NCBI GenBank assembly: GCA_963813815.1
Contig: CAWFAD010000011.1
Span: 1,180-65,179 of the forward strand
Origin: an uncultured bacterium
GTDB taxonomy: Bacteria > Krumholzibacteriota > Krumholzibacteriia > Krumholzibacteriales > Krumholzibacteriaceae
Reading direction: 5' to 3'
Length of the DNA stretch: 64,000 bases
Positions 53,019 to 62,016 of this stretch are shown here, in pieces. Within the stretch, counting starts at the first letter, position 1; each line of letters starts with the position of its first letter. The notes below the pieces were generated by a model that saw only the letters and a list, made by a program, of their open reading frames with translations, was not told where the DNA came from and did no database searches. Both the position numbers and the translations under genes were made by a program.

Positions 53019-53184
53019 TCCGCACAGTCTGGGCAAGGTTTGGGCGCCGGCGTGAGTCTCATGCTGTCCGCAAGCTGGGGTTTAGGTATGCTTCTTGCTC
53101 TAAAACCTATTTACGTCGGGGTCCAGGAAGTCCGCGGGTTCGGCCAGCCGAGGAGCTGGCGTCGTAACGCTGAGGCGGACGATC

Positions 53185-53952
53185 ATGCAGAAGCAATTGG
53201 TACAACCGCAGAAGAGAGCGCAGTTCGATAGCGACGCTTACTACGCGACGCTCGCCCTCTCCGATGGCGGCCTCCGAGCAAAACGAAAGCCGTGCGAGGC
53301 GAAGGGCGTTCCTCGCTGGGCAATCGTCGTCGCGGGCTTCGTTCTGCTCGCCATCGGCGGGTATTTCATCAGGTGGACGTCGCATCGCATCGACCATCAG
53401 ATGCGCGCCGAAATCCTTCTTCAGGCGAAGATGGTCGCGCAGGCGGTCGATTTCAAGAATGTGGCCGCCCTTTCAGGCACTGATGCCGATCTCTCTTCGC
53501 CCGACTACCTGAGGCTCAAAGAGCAGCTCTCCCTCGTCTGCAAGGCCAATCCAAAATGCCGTTTTATCTATCTCATGGGGCGAAAGTCGGACGGCAATCT
53601 CTTCTTCTACGTCGATTCCGAGGACCCGGGCTCCGATGACTACTCGCCGCCCGGACAAATCTTTGAAGAGGCGACGGAGGATGACCGTCAGGTGTTCGAG
53701 GCCGGCGTGGGAAACGCGGATGGCGGGCCTTACGAAGACCGCTGGGGCACGTGGATCAGCGCGATGGTCCCGGTGTTCCATCCGGAAACCAGCGATGTGA
53801 TGGCGGTGCTCGGCATGGATTTCAACGCCGCTTCATGGAAGCTCGACGTGGCGAGCAAGACGGCCCTGTGGGCGTTGCCCGCGGCGCTCGCGCTGCTTCT
53901 CGGAATCGTGCTGCTCGCTCTTCCCACTCGCTTCGAATGGAGCTACTGTTAA
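53185..53952 (+). CDS. membrane protein consisting only of a periplasmic sensor-like domain between two TM helices (orphan or truncated sensor)
   Basis: TM1 WAIVVAGFVLLAIGGYFI, a periplasmic domain of about 190 aa, TM2 ALWALPAALALLLGIVLLALP, then a stop 7 codons later. No HAMP, kinase or GGDEF module. Confidence 0.4.
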   Translation: MQKQLVQPQKRAQFDSDAYYATLALSDGGLRAKRKPCEAKGVPRWAIVVAGFVLLAIGGYFIRWTSHRIDHQMRAEILLQAKMVAQAVDFKNVAALSGTDADLSSPDYLRLKEQLSLVCKANPKCRFIYLMGRKSDGNLFFYVDSEDPGSDDYSPPGQIFEEATEDDRQVFEAGVGNADGGPYEDRWGTWISAMVPVFHPETSDVMAVLGMDFNAASWKLDVASKTALWALPAALALLLGIVLLALPTRFEWSYC

Positions 53953-53978
53953 TCATCGTGAGTTGGATAGCCGGGTAG

Positions 53979-54010
53979 AAAAAAGCCGGGCGATTCGCCC
54001 GGCTTTTTTC
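53979..54010. terminator. bidirectional rho-independent terminator AAAAAAGCCGGGCGattCGCCCGGCTTTTTT
   Basis: Perfect 8-bp GC stem with A6 upstream and T6 downstream, between convergent genes. Confidence 0.65.
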
Positions 54011-54062
54011 AGGCAAGCTTGGGTTGCCGATGCTCCCCAAGCCCGTTTCTTTTGAGGCCGCT

Positions 54063-54674
54063 CTAGTTCGTGGCCGTGGTTGTGGCGACCGGCGGCTGCA
54101 TGCCGAGGGCCGTCATCGCCTCGACGACCTTCTCCTTCACCGTATTCGCCTTGGTCATCGCATCGGCCACGTCGCCGGCCGAGAAGGCGGTTTGCGCTTC
54201 GGTCCACATCGTGGATGCGGTCTCGTAAGCGCCCTTGGCGCCGTCGAGCGTCGCTTTGTCCATGCCCGCGGGCAACTTCCTGCCGGCCGATAGGGCGTCG
54301 AGCTTGCTCTTGATCTCTTCGAGCATTGTGGGCATCCCGGCGCTCATCTCTTCCCAGCTTTTTGTGAGCTCGATCTTTTTGGTCTCGGCGAGGGCGATGA
54401 GCTCCTTGACCTTGTCGGGGAGGACCTTGACCGCGGTGAGGACCTCATCGAACTTGTTCTGGCTGAGATTCTCCTTCGCGGACGCGATCGCGTCTTCCAC
54501 GCCCTTCGCCTCATCGGGGATGTACTTCACGAGCTCGACCTTGGCGGCGTTGTAGGCGTCTTCGGCCGCTTGAAGCGCGGTCGTCGCCGCCAGTTTCTTG
54601 CCCGCGCCGCAGGCCGCGAGCATCAGACACATAACGGAAACGAGAACAGGCAACAGGTGCTTTGTCGACTTCAT
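54063..54674 (-). CDS. alpha-helical Ala/Lys/Glu-rich lipoprotein
   Basis: RBS AAGGAGGAAG. MKSTKHLLPVLVSVMCLMLAACG lipobox. Low-complexity helical body. Start chosen at the internal Met (54674). Confidence 0.4.
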   Translation of the reverse strand: MKSTKHLLPVLVSVMCLMLAACGAGKKLAATTALQAAEDAYNAAKVELVKYIPDEAKGVEDAIASAKENLSQNKFDEVLTAVKVLPDKVKELIALAETKKIELTKSWEEMSAGMPTMLEEIKSKLDALSAGRKLPAGMDKATLDGAKGAYETASTMWTEAQTAFSAGDVADAMTKANTVKEKVVEAMTALGMQPPVATTTATN

Positions 54675-54764
54675 CTCGCTTCCTCCTTTCTTTAGGGAAA
54701 GGGGAATGCTAAGAGAGAAGCTCCGGAAATGCAAACAGTATTTAGGAACCGTCTGTTCCGGGCG

Positions 54765-57188
54765 CTACCTCGCGAGCACCATCTTCTTCGTTTCCGAGTA
54801 GGCGCCCGTCTCGAGCCGGTAGAAATACACTCCGCTCGCGACGGCCCGCCCCGATGCGTCGCACCCGTCCCAGATCTCGGTATACCGCCCCGCCGTGCGA
54901 TGCTCCTCAACGAGCGCGCGAACGAGCCGCCCCGCGGGGTCGTAGATGCGGAGCGATACGCGCGCCGGCGTCCCGAGGCCGAACTCGACCCGCGTCATCG
55001 GATTGAAAGGATTCGGATAGTTCTGCGCGAGGTAGCTCGCCTCGGGCGGCGGAGGCGTCTCTCCGCCCGTGATCTGCTCGGGCGCGAGAATCGCGAAGCC
55101 GCTCTCGTTTCCATGGATATCGACCGCCGAGACCTTGTAGTAGTAGCCCACACTCCAGCTCCAGCCCGCGTCGAAGCAGATCGTGTCCTCGGGAGAGGCG
55201 ATGAGGTTCCCCTCATCGGGAATGAAATCCTCCGCGATCCCGCGGTACACGCGATAGCCCGCGAGGTCGGCCTCGGTATTGCCGTCCCACGAGAGCTCGA
55301 GGCCGTCGGGCACGTAGCTCTGCTCGGCCGCGAGGCCGAGAGGCAGGGTAGGGGCGAGGTTGTCGACCGAGTAGCCGCTGTCCGGCGCCGATTTCCAGAA
55401 CACGAAGGGGTCGGACGTGTGAGCCACCACCTGGAAGTAATGATACTCGCCGCAAGCGGCGGTCGAGTCGAAGAGAGTGGCCACGGGCTTCCCGTATGCC
55501 TCCATGTAGAGCGCGTCGACCGTCTCCACGAGCTCCCAGAAGTAGGTGAGCGCTCCGATCTGCTCGACCCGTACGACGGGCTTGTCGGCCGCGGTATCGA
55601 GCTCGGATAGAGACGCGAGGGGCGAAACGCCCGAGTCGAGGGCGAGCGCCGCCTGCGTCGGACTGATGGCGCGCCAGATCGAGTAGTACGACATATCGCC
55701 CGTCATGAAGAGGTCGGGGCGGGCCGCGTACCAGGAGAGGTACACCTTGCCTCCCTGATCGCCGGGGACGTCGCGGACGGTGTGGATCTCCGGCGACAGC
55801 ATGCCGGTGCGACCGAACGTGTCTATGAATTGAACGTAGATGTCGCCGTTCCCATCGCGGTAATCCGACCATGCGACGATCGCGCCGCCCCTGTTATCTG
55901 AGGCGATCACGGGATACTCCTGCGTCTGTGCCGCGGTGCAAAGAGCGACCCCATCCGCGGCCCATTGAACCGCTCCCGAAGGATTCACTCGCTGGGCGTA
56001 GATGTCATAGATCCCGCTGCGGGCGTCGAACCATGAGATGATGGCGCCGCCGTCGACGTCGGAAGCGATGACGGGATAATACTGAGTCCCGGTCGCCGTG
56101 CAGACGGCGATGCCGTTGGCGATCCACTGGACGACACCCGAGGCATCCAGCTTTTGAGCGTAGATGTCATAGTTGCTGCCGTTGCGATAGTCGTACCACG
56201 AGACGATGGCGCCGCCGGCATCGTCGGATACGATGACTGGATAATATTGAGCTCCCGTCGCAGTGCAGAGAGCGACGCCGGTCGTCGTCCATTGAACGAC
56301 TCCAGAGGCGTTCACGCGCTGGGCATAGATGTCGTAGTTCGCGCTGCGGTAGTCGTACCACGTGACGATCGCGCCGCCCGTCCCGTCGGAGGCAATGGTG
56401 GGATACTGCTGATTCCACGCGACGGTACAGAGGGCGACGCCGTCGACGGTCCATTGAGCGACTCCAGAGTTGCTCACTCGCTGAGCATAGATGTCATAGT
56501 TGCTGCCGTTGCGATAGTCCTGCCATGCGACGAGGGCTCCGCCGGCGCCGTCTGAGACGGTGGTGAGAGACAACTGGCCGTTCGCCGCCGCGCAGACGGC
56601 GACGCCATTGGCGGTCCACTGAACGACCCCCGAGGCATTCACCCTCTGAGCATAGACATCGTAGTTGGAGCCGCTCCGGTAGTCGTGCCACGTGATGATC
56701 GCGCCGCCGACACCGTCCGAGACTATCTTCGGGTTCAACTGATCGCCTGTCCCTGCGCACAGAACCACCCCGTTCGCCGCCCACTGAACGGCTCCCGAGG
56801 CATCGACCCTCTGCGCGTAGATGTCCCAGCTGGTGCTCGTGCGGTAATCGTGCCATGCGACGATCGCGCCGCCCGCGCCGTCGGAGACGATCGCCGGTAC
56901 CTGCTGGTCAAACGCCATCGTGCAAAGAGCGACTCCGTTGGCCGTCCACAAGACTTCTCCAGAGGCGCTCACGCGTTGCGCGTAGATGTCCGTGTTCGAG
57001 TTGCGGTAGTCGTTCCACGCGATGATCGCGCCGCCCGCGCCGTCGGAGCCGATTGCAGGGCGCAATTGATCTCCCGTGGCCGTACAGAGAGCGACGCCGT
57101 TTCCTACCCAATAAGCCCAGATCGAAGGCACGGCGATTACGAGCGAACCGAGCGCCAGCGCAAACGCAACCTTCATAGCCTTGCTCAT
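54765..57188 (-). CDS. secreted repeat protein with T9SS (Por) C-terminal sorting domain
   Basis: RBS GGGAG before MSKAMKVAFALALGSLVIA (signal peptide). Eight tandem repeats of about 54 aa (consensus G-V-A-L-C-T-A-x-x-Q-x-x-P-x-I-V-S-D-G-A-G-G-A-I-V-A-W-x-D-Y-R-x-G-S-N-Y-D-I-Y-A-Q-R-V-N-A-S-G-V-V-Q-W). C-terminus ...GVYFYRLETGAYSETKKMVLAR matches the T9SS type-A CTD pattern. Confidence 0.6.
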   Translation of the reverse strand: MSKAMKVAFALALGSLVIAVPSIWAYWVGNGVALCTATGDQLRPAIGSDGAGGAIIAWNDYRNSNTDIYAQRVSASGEVLWTANGVALCTMAFDQQVPAIVSDGAGGAIVAWHDYRTSTSWDIYAQRVDASGAVQWAANGVVLCAGTGDQLNPKIVSDGVGGAIITWHDYRSGSNYDVYAQRVNASGVVQWTANGVAVCAAANGQLSLTTVSDGAGGALVAWQDYRNGSNYDIYAQRVSNSGVAQWTVDGVALCTVAWNQQYPTIASDGTGGAIVTWYDYRSANYDIYAQRVNASGVVQWTTTGVALCTATGAQYYPVIVSDDAGGAIVSWYDYRNGSNYDIYAQKLDASGVVQWIANGIAVCTATGTQYYPVIASDVDGGAIISWFDARSGIYDIYAQRVNPSGAVQWAADGVALCTAAQTQEYPVIASDNRGGAIVAWSDYRDGNGDIYVQFIDTFGRTGMLSPEIHTVRDVPGDQGGKVYLSWYAARPDLFMTGDMSYYSIWRAISPTQAALALDSGVSPLASLSELDTAADKPVVRVEQIGALTYFWELVETVDALYMEAYGKPVATLFDSTAACGEYHYFQVVAHTSDPFVFWKSAPDSGYSVDNLAPTLPLGLAAEQSYVPDGLELSWDGNTEADLAGYRVYRGIAEDFIPDEGNLIASPEDTICFDAGWSWSVGYYYKVSAVDIHGNESGFAILAPEQITGGETPPPPEASYLAQNYPNPFNPMTRVEFGLGTPARVSLRIYDPAGRLVRALVEEHRTAGRYTEIWDGCDASGRAVASGVYFYRLETGAYSETKKMVLAR
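55814..57113. repeat. eight about 162-bp tandem DNA repeats encoding the propeller-like repeats of the T9SS protein
   Basis: Near-identical peptide repeats and a cluster of spurious same-length ORFs in the six-frame track across this interval. Confidence 0.6.
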
Positions 57189-57396
57189 GGTCGTTTCTCC
57201 CTTCAAGGATGAATTTCGAAGCTATTTATTTATAGTAGCATACAGCGACAGCCTCATAAAGCAGAATATATGGCTTCGAAGAGCTTGCTGCCCGCCTTTT
57301 GGCTTTGACTCGGCGCGCCATGCGCAATACACTGGTCTCGGTGGCGCAATGCTCATTCACCTATGAGACGCGTCTCCGTAAGATGAACCGGGAGCC

Positions 57397-58536
57397 GTGA
57401 GCGGGGTTCTCATGAAGCACCGCTACGTCGCGCTGGATTGGATGCGCGGGATCGTCATGATCCTCATGGCCTTGGACCACGCCTCCGGCGCGTTCAACAA
57501 GAGCAGACTCTTCACCGACTCGTTCTATCTCTATGAAACCGGCATGAGGCTTCCGGCGCTTCAGTTCTTCACGAGATGGATCACCCACATCTGCGCGCCG
57601 ACGTTTCTCTTTCTCGCCGGGACCGCCCTTGCCCTGAGCTTGGAGCGGCGGGGGAGAGCCGGCGAGTCGAACGCCTCCATCGACCGTTACTTGTTGACGC
57701 GGGGGCTCATCATCGCCGCGCTCGATCCGATTCTCATTTCATGGCTCTTCGGCTACGGCGGGATCATGTTTCAGGTCCTCTATGCGATCGGCATATCGCT
57801 CATTGTGATGATCCCGCTGAGGCGTCTCGGATCGAGTTGGCTCTTGGGAACATCCATGGGGTTCATTCTGCTGAGCGAAGCCCTGACCGGAATCCTGCAC
57901 AGTCTCAACAACGGTCGGCCCACGGCGATAGGAACCCTATTGATCCACGGCGGCGTGTATCCTCGTCTCATCGTCTCGTATCCGGTGTTCCCATGGCTCG
58001 CGGTGATGATGCTGGGCTTCGTGTTCGGGAAGAGGCTGCTGCGCTTCAGAGACTCCGGATCGACGCGATGGTCTCCTGCAAAGGCGCTTTTAGCGAGCGG
58101 AGCAGCCTCATTGCTCGCATTCAGCGTCATACGAGATTTAAATGGCTATGGGAATATGATGCTTCTCAGGGAGAGCGGCTCTCTCATCCAATGGCTTCAC
58201 GTCAGCAAATACCCACCGAGCTTGTCGTTTCTGACGCTGGAGCTCGGACTGATGGCGCTCGTTCTGAGCCTATTATTCGGGCTTCAAGGCAGGTCCCGCG
58301 GACCGATACGGATAAATAGTCCGATACTCGTTTTCGGGCAGACGGCATTCTTTTTCTATATTCTGCATATCGTGATTCTCGAGCTTTCGGCTCGGGGCCT
58401 GCGCGTCCATGCGAGCAGGGGCCTGGGAACCGCGTACCTAGCGGCGGTGGCCGTTCTCGTTCTTCTCTATCCCTGCTGTCTCTGGTATCGGCGCCATAAG
58501 GCTTCCCACCCGAATGGCTGGGCGCGCTATGTTTAG
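57397..58536 (+). CDS. polytopic membrane protein, DUF1624/acyltransferase_3-like
   Basis: About 10 predicted TM helices. N-terminal ALDWMRGIVMILMALDHA resembles the DUF1624/heparan N-acetyltransferase-like motif. Lower GC than the core genes. Confidence 0.4.
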   Translation: MSGVLMKHRYVALDWMRGIVMILMALDHASGAFNKSRLFTDSFYLYETGMRLPALQFFTRWITHICAPTFLFLAGTALALSLERRGRAGESNASIDRYLLTRGLIIAALDPILISWLFGYGGIMFQVLYAIGISLIVMIPLRRLGSSWLLGTSMGFILLSEALTGILHSLNNGRPTAIGTLLIHGGVYPRLIVSYPVFPWLAVMMLGFVFGKRLLRFRDSGSTRWSPAKALLASGAASLLAFSVIRDLNGYGNMMLLRESGSLIQWLHVSKYPPSLSFLTLELGLMALVLSLLFGLQGRSRGPIRINSPILVFGQTAFFFYILHIVILELSARGLRVHASRGLGTAYLAAVAVLVLLYPCCLWYRRHKASHPNGWARYV

Positions 58537-58619
58537 AGCCCGGGCGACGCTCGATCGATCCCCCCGCGGCGGAGGGGGCGAGAGGCCCATCGAGCGGGAC
58601 ACAGGAGAGCCTAGCCGTT

Positions 58620-60374
58620 TTACTGAATCTCCCTCGACTGCTCGTCGAAAAGGACGCGGTAGAGGCCGCCCGCCTGATAGAGCGTGTTGTGCGTGCCCGA
58701 CTCGACCAGCCTGCCTTCGCTCAGCACGAAGATACGGTCCGCGTTCGTCACGCTCGTGAGGCGGTGGGCGATGATGATGACGGTTTGGCCTCTCACCTTC
58801 TCGAAGTAGCTCCCGAGCACCTGCCGCTCCGTGCGCGGATCGAGGGCGGAGGTGGCCTCGTCGAGGACGTGGATGCGGGGCGCCTTGAGGAGCGACCGCG
58901 CGAGCGCGAGCCGCTGGCGCTCTCCGCCCGAGAGGCGGAGCCCCTGCTGGCCGACGATCGTCTCGAGCCCCTCCGGCAGATTCGCGAGAAACTCCCCGAG
59001 AGAGGCCGTCTCCATGGCCGCGACGAGCTCCGCCTCCGTGGCCCGCGGCCGGGCCATCCGCAGGTTCCCCGCGATCGTGTCGTGAAACAGCTGCGTCTCC
59101 TGCGGAACGACGCCGATCGCGCGGCGGAGGCTCTTGAGCTTCCAGCGCCTGAGGTCGAGATCGTCGATGTAGACCGCGCCTTGCTGCGGATCGAGGTAAC
59201 GGGCGATGATCGCGGCGAGCGTGGATTTGCCGCTTCCCGAGGGACCGACGAGCGCGATCACCTGCCCCGGCTCCACCGAGAGACTGATATTCTCTATCGC
59301 CCTCGCGCCGTTGGGCCACGTGAGGCCGACCTGCTCGAGGCGGATCGCGCCCGTGACGCGGGGCGGCGCCGTCGCCTCCGCGTGCTCCTGAATCTGCGGT
59401 TCCGTGTCGATGAGGTCGTACACTCGGGCGAGCGACGCCCTCGCCATCTGGAGCTCGATGTTGATGTCGATGAGCTGCGAGATCGGCCGGTAGAGACGGC
59501 TCGCGAGCGTGTAGAACGCCACGAGACTGCCGAGGCTGAGCGTTCCGCCGAGCACCCGTCTGCCTCCCATGAGAAATACGAGGATAAAGGCGCCGGTCGA
59601 CATGACGTCCGCGAGCGAGACTTGTCCCGCGCCGATCACGGAGAGGGCGAGGTTGCTGCGGATCCACGGCCGCGACACGCGGACGAGGCGGCGGGTCTCG
59701 GCCTTCTCCCGGATAAGTTCCTGAACGAGGCGGATGCTCGAAATCCGCTCCTCGAGAAACGAGAAGAGGTCGGAGATCGCGTCCCTCGCCTTGATTCCCT
59801 CTTCCTGAATGCGGTGGTTGATTTTCGCGAGGATGGCGACGAGGAACGGATAGACGAGGAGGAGCAGGAGCGTGAGGCTCGGATCGATCCAGAAGAGGAT
59901 CGTCAATATCCCGACGATCGTCAAAACGTCCTGAATCGCGTTGACGATCGTGTGGGCGGCCGCGTGCTGGAGCACGTCGATGTCGGAGCTGATTCTCGCG
60001 AGTATGTCGCCCGTCTGCTCTCCGCGGAAGAAGAAGGGGGAGAGGCGTTCGACGTGCTCGAAGGCCTGCCGGCGGTAGTCGAAGAGGATCCGAAGCCCCG
60101 AGTAGCTGTAGAGCCAGACCGAGATGAGACGGAATCCCGTGCGAAAGACGAGCACGCCGAGAAGTATGGACACGAGCATGAGAAGAAGCGAGTAGTTGCC
60201 GTCGCCGATCGCGCGGTCGATGATGGTTCGCAGGATCAGCGGATCGATCAGGTTGAGAAAGACGTTGATGATGAGGCAGACCGCGATTTCGGCCTGAAGG
60301 CCGTAGTAGGGGCTCACGCGCTCGCGGAGGAAGCGCCGCAAGAGCCCGCGTCGGCTGGGATTCGCCTGTTTCAT
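58620..60374 (-). CDS. ABC exporter (fused 6-TM permease + ATPase), bacteriocin/type I secretion-like but without an N-terminal C39 peptidase domain
   Basis: 584 aa. TM domain from residue about 20. Walker A GPSGSGKST, signature LSGGERQRLALAR, Walker B IHVLDEATSALD. Confidence 0.8.
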   Translation of the reverse strand: MKQANPSRRGLLRRFLRERVSPYYGLQAEIAVCLIINVFLNLIDPLILRTIIDRAIGDGNYSLLLMLVSILLGVLVFRTGFRLISVWLYSYSGLRILFDYRRQAFEHVERLSPFFFRGEQTGDILARISSDIDVLQHAAAHTIVNAIQDVLTIVGILTILFWIDPSLTLLLLLVYPFLVAILAKINHRIQEEGIKARDAISDLFSFLEERISSIRLVQELIREKAETRRLVRVSRPWIRSNLALSVIGAGQVSLADVMSTGAFILVFLMGGRRVLGGTLSLGSLVAFYTLASRLYRPISQLIDINIELQMARASLARVYDLIDTEPQIQEHAEATAPPRVTGAIRLEQVGLTWPNGARAIENISLSVEPGQVIALVGPSGSGKSTLAAIIARYLDPQQGAVYIDDLDLRRWKLKSLRRAIGVVPQETQLFHDTIAGNLRMARPRATEAELVAAMETASLGEFLANLPEGLETIVGQQGLRLSGGERQRLALARSLLKAPRIHVLDEATSALDPRTERQVLGSYFEKVRGQTVIIIAHRLTSVTNADRIFVLSEGRLVESGTHNTLYQAGGLYRVLFDEQSREIQ

Positions 60375-61441
60375 CGCTTCTTCGTCCCGGCGAGCCTTTC
60401 GATGAGGAGGTGGCCGAGAGAGACCTTCTCATCGACGATGATCCGCGCCTGCCCTTTCATTCCGTCATAGAGCGGGCCCGGCGCGGTCGAGGGGTCGAAG
60501 GACACCTTTACGGGAAAGCCGCCGCCGCTCCGGCAGTCGTCCACGAAATCGAGCCGCCCGGCGAGGGTGCCGTGGAGAAGCCAAGGGTATCCCTCGAGCC
60601 GGATTTTGACCCTGTGTCCGGGACGCGCGGAGGCGCGGCCGGCGTCGAAGACGGCGCCCTCGAAGCGGTCGGCCGGGCCGGTCGAGAGGCGCAGTATCTC
60701 CTCGCCGCGCGTTACGGTTCGTCCCATGAGCTCGAAGAGGTTCGCGCCGAGCACGATCCCCCGGGTATCCGCCGCGAGCGTGTCGAGGGCGAGCATGCGG
60801 TCCGTTTCACCCACAGCCGCGCGCTCCTCGGCGATTTGCCCGGCGAGATTCCGAATTTCCCCGTCGAGCTTCTCGATTTGGTCCCGATGCCGCGCTTCGA
60901 GCACGGGGCCCGCGGCCTCGGCTTCCTTGAGCGCCACCCGGGCGAGATCGAGGGCGAGCTCGGAATCCTGAAGCTCCAGCTTCGTCGTGAGCCCCATGTC
61001 CCAGAGCTGCTTCTTGAGATCGAACTGTATCTCGGCGCTCGAAAGCTCGAGCCGGCTCCGCTCGAGATCCCGCGAGGCTTGGAGAACCTCGGCGGGGTGG
61101 ATCTGCGAGGCGAGTCGCCCGCGCTCGGCTCGGAGCACGACGATGCGGTCCGACAGGTTCGCGATCCGCGCCCTGATCTGCTCGTCCTGCGCGCGGAGCG
61201 GGGAGGACTCGAATGCGACGAGCGGCGCGCCGGCCCTAACGCTGTCCCCCGGCGCCACGAAAATCCCTTCGACGCGGCCTTCCCACGGCGCATACACAGC
61301 GACGGTGCCGCCGGCGAGACGGCCCTCGGCGATGACGACCCGGTCGATTCGCACAAAGAGGAGGAGACAGACCACGGCGACGAAAAGGCAGGAGCCGAGC
61401 GTCAAAAGGGGACGCAAAAGAGGCAGTGGGCGACGATGCAT
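60371..61441 (-). CDS. HlyD-family membrane fusion / secretion adaptor protein
   Basis: N-terminal TM anchor, biotinyl/lipoyl-like hairpin, long coiled coil and a C-terminal beta domain. The stop overlaps the ABC gene start (ATGA). Confidence 0.8.
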   Translation of the reverse strand: MHRRPLPLLRPLLTLGSCLFVAVVCLLLFVRIDRVVIAEGRLAGGTVAVYAPWEGRVEGIFVAPGDSVRAGAPLVAFESSPLRAQDEQIRARIANLSDRIVVLRAERGRLASQIHPAEVLQASRDLERSRLELSSAEIQFDLKKQLWDMGLTTKLELQDSELALDLARVALKEAEAAGPVLEARHRDQIEKLDGEIRNLAGQIAEERAAVGETDRMLALDTLAADTRGIVLGANLFELMGRTVTRGEEILRLSTGPADRFEGAVFDAGRASARPGHRVKIRLEGYPWLLHGTLAGRLDFVDDCRSGGGFPVKVSFDPSTAPGPLYDGMKGQARIIVDEKVSLGHLLIERLAGTKKR

Positions 61442-61499
61442 AAACCTCGCCGTGGGGTTAGAAGACTATTAACTGCGGTCGCGGCCTCGGAGCTTCGAC

Positions 61500-61610
61500 T
61501 CAGAGAGGGCCGATTTCGCACGCGGGCGGATACTCGGCGCACTGCATGCAGTGCGTGAGCGGCGGTTTCACGTGCGCGATGTTCGTGGAATGCTTGACGA
61601 CGAACTTCAT
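61500..61610 (-). CDS. candidate RiPP precursor peptide 1 (36 aa): MKFVVKHSTNIAHVKPPLTHCMQCAEYPPACEIGPL
   Basis: RBS GAGGTG 7 nt upstream. One of six paralogous small ORFs sharing the MKFVVK N-terminus and the T-x-C-x-x-C-x-E-x-P-x-x-C C-terminal motif. Below the ORF-track size cutoff. Confidence 0.6.
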   Translation of the reverse strand: MKFVVKHSTNIAHVKPPLTHCMQCAEYPPACEIGPL

Positions 61611-61705
61611 TTATTTTCACCTCTTCGATGGGACGAAGTGGCGCGGTCGCAGGGACCGCGCCACTCGCCGAGCCATATCGATCGACGATTATCGAGAAAT
61701 CGCGA

Positions 61706-61813
61706 TCAAATGGGGTCGATGACGCAGGCTGCCGGATTCTCCTTGCAGAGCCAGCACAGCGTATAGTTGACCCTCTTCGCCACCTCGGCGTTACGCTTTA
61801 CGACGAACTTCAT
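61706..61813 (-). CDS. candidate RiPP precursor peptide 2 (35 aa): MKFVVKRNAEVAKRVNYTLCWLCKENPAACVIDPI
   Basis: RBS GGGAGGG upstream. Same family motif. Confidence 0.6.
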   Translation of the reverse strand: MKFVVKRNAEVAKRVNYTLCWLCKENPAACVIDPI

Positions 61814-61859
61814 TGTTTCCCTCCCTTCCCTTTCCTTGCCCGTACGGGCTCACCTGGCG

Positions 61860-61958
61860 CTAGAAGCAGAATATGGGGTTTTCCGAGCACTGGGCGCAGC
61901 GGGTCGTGGGACCATTATGCGGTCCGACGCCGTTACGGCCGAGAACGATGAACTTCAT
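61860..61958 (-). CDS. candidate RiPP precursor peptide 3 (32 aa): MKFIVLGRNGVGPHNGPTTRCAQCSENPIFCF
   Basis: RBS GAGGAG upstream. Same family motif. First gene after the putative internal operator/promoter. Confidence 0.6.
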   Translation of the reverse strand: MKFIVLGRNGVGPHNGPTTRCAQCSENPIFCF

Positions 61959-62016
61959 GAGGATCGCTCCTCTCGCAACGATTGGAGATACGGCAGCCGA
62001 AATTTAGAGAGTCCCT

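Noticed and set aside
55814-57113. Possible CRISPR array suggested by regularly spaced repeats
   Set aside because: The repeats are about 162 bp, contiguous with no unique spacers, and lie in frame inside a protein-coding gene. They encode tandem protein repeats.
58438-60470. ORFs 58438..60432 (-, alternate frame) and 58689..60470 (+) over the ABC exporter
   Set aside because: Only the 58620..60374 (-) frame contains Walker A/B and the ABC signature. The others are Arg/Asp-rich shadows.
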